Shown here: positions 62,700-64,000 of the stretch, piece by piece | How positions within the stretch are numbered: position 1 is the first letter of the stretch | Layout: each line of letters starts with the position of its first letter | Assembly (NCBI RefSeq): GCF_030144855.1 | Contig: NC_082712.1 | Span: 13,082,001 to 13,146,000 of the forward strand | Direction: 5' to 3' | From: Hypanus sabinus | Lineage: Eukaryota | Length of the DNA stretch: 64,000 nucleotides | The notes under the pieces: generated by a model | The model's database searches: none | Told to the model about the DNA's origin: nothing | The model's input: the letters and a program-made list of their open reading frames with translations, nothing else | Translations under genes and position numbers: made by a program

Positions 62700-64000
62700 C
62701 CACTTGTAATGATGAGCAACTTCACAACTGAAAAGAATGTGGGTTCTCCAACGAACTACGTATGTGCACCCTACTGGAATCCCTGACCCTCCATGAATAG
62801 TGAATGAAGAAGAAAGCGATTATCTGGGAAATGAGTCCACACTGGCTAGGTGTTCCTCATGGTCTCGATCTCCACATGTCCTCCTTATCCCTGATGGTTG
62901 TTCTCTGACTGCGGGAGAGTTATGGCTCCTACGTATTTGGAGCTCCTGAATCTTATACTGTTCCTCATCAATTGAACTGGTGGATCTCCATCCCTTTGAC
63001 TCAAGGTCACCTGACCTACCTGGGTCACCTTCTCACTGCTCATTATACAGGGCAACAACCAACATTGTTTCCTGGTCCTGCCCACCCCAGACTTGTGTAT
63101 TTGAGTCTTTCAACTCTGACTGGTCCAAACCCATTAAACTCGGCGACCCAGACAGAGTCTAACGAGAATACAGATTGATTCTTTGGTAGGTCTGGCATTT
63201 TACATAATAAGTAGCTCCTCCTCCGAGAATGGGCTCAGGTTTAGCAGGTCCTTCGGGTCCTGAAGTTTCTCATGTCCACTTTCAGTTGCTCTGATTAAAT
63301 TATCCAAGAGCATGAATATAGTTCAGAATCCACAAAATGGGGGTGTGAGGGAACAAAGACAACTGGTCTGTCTCCTTCCCCTGACCTTGATTCATCAAAT
63401 CCACTAATTGTAGACTGTAGATTCTTCTGGCCAACATCTTCCTCCTCTTCATCCAAAGATATTTATCCTGAGATCATTATCCTCCTCTCATTCAGATGAC
63501 TGCCCATAGGACTGCCTTGTAGGTGTGTAACACTTACATTCTATAAATAATTTTAACATTTACTAACTAACTTCACCCACTTTATACCTACAATCGTCTC
63601 TGCTTTTTCATGGAAACCTTATCCTCAATTTATTTTCCATTATTGCGTCTTCTCAGTTGATATACCTCAGGGGGCATAAAATTAGTACTGCAGCGGTATG
63701 TGATACTATTCTTACCCATGGATGTATTTGAACATTTGTCCTCCAATTCCAAAACTTACTCCAAAAGCCTGGTGACTCAATATTTCATTTGCTTCTCCAG
63801 CGTGTGTTTTAATTACTTTAGTGTGTTTAGTCCATCGATGGATTATCTCTGTTTCCTCTGCCACAACACGTGTCCAGTCTGCAGTCAAGTGAGGAATTGG
63901 TGGCAACTCAGTAACAACACAGTCCCACAGATATTGATCTGTATCTGTGCGTCGAGTCTTGAAGTTCTCCCCCCATCTGAGGCAAAGTTCATCCTCCAAT
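62700..64000 (-). mobile_element. Highly decayed ERV/LTR-type integrase remnant, possibly followed by the start of env
   Basis: ORF 63712-63999 'PHLTADW..IIHRWTK..FGV' resembles the integrase core ('HLQIDF..IDRFSKW..FG'). Out-of-frame 'TP..QS.GQ' near 63520, 'WAGP' near 63085 and 'EIHQ' near 62980 lie in the expected order. Confidence 0.45.

Overview
This is vertebrate genomic DNA, very probably from a cartilaginous fish (ray-like; inferred only from the repeat families), not a prokaryotic window. Most of it is decayed retroelements: CR1, L1-clade, Rex1/Babar-like, Penelope, Gypsy solo LTRs, tRNA-SINEs and one ERV-like integrase remnant. Most listed ORFs are fragments or antisense shadows of these. 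Among the repeats, on the + strand, is a spliced Siglec-15-like immune receptor locus. V-set exon V1 (7676-8059) keeps the Siglec-15 pattern, including four Cys and the essential F-strand Arg (YRCRVE). A second, paralogous V-set exon V2a (16267-16656) lacks that Arg and has a very long FG loop. A transmembrane exon with a central Lys (20496-20598, LGLKTLALL) and a probable short-tail exon (from 22356) follow. All junctions up to the TM exon are phase-1 compatible, giving a V-V-TM(Lys) activating-type receptor instead of the V-C2-TM of canonical Siglec-15. Two decayed paralogous modules lie downstream: a TM+tail block with an in-frame stop (35612-37537) and a V2 copy (59519-59904) with three inactivating lesions. 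The V2 copies differ at only 4 of 296 nt in the framework but are heavily diverged, with a 2-codon indel, across the CDR3-equivalent FG loop and adjacent intron. No leader exon was found. All alignments and counts were made by eye; the gene model needs transcript support.
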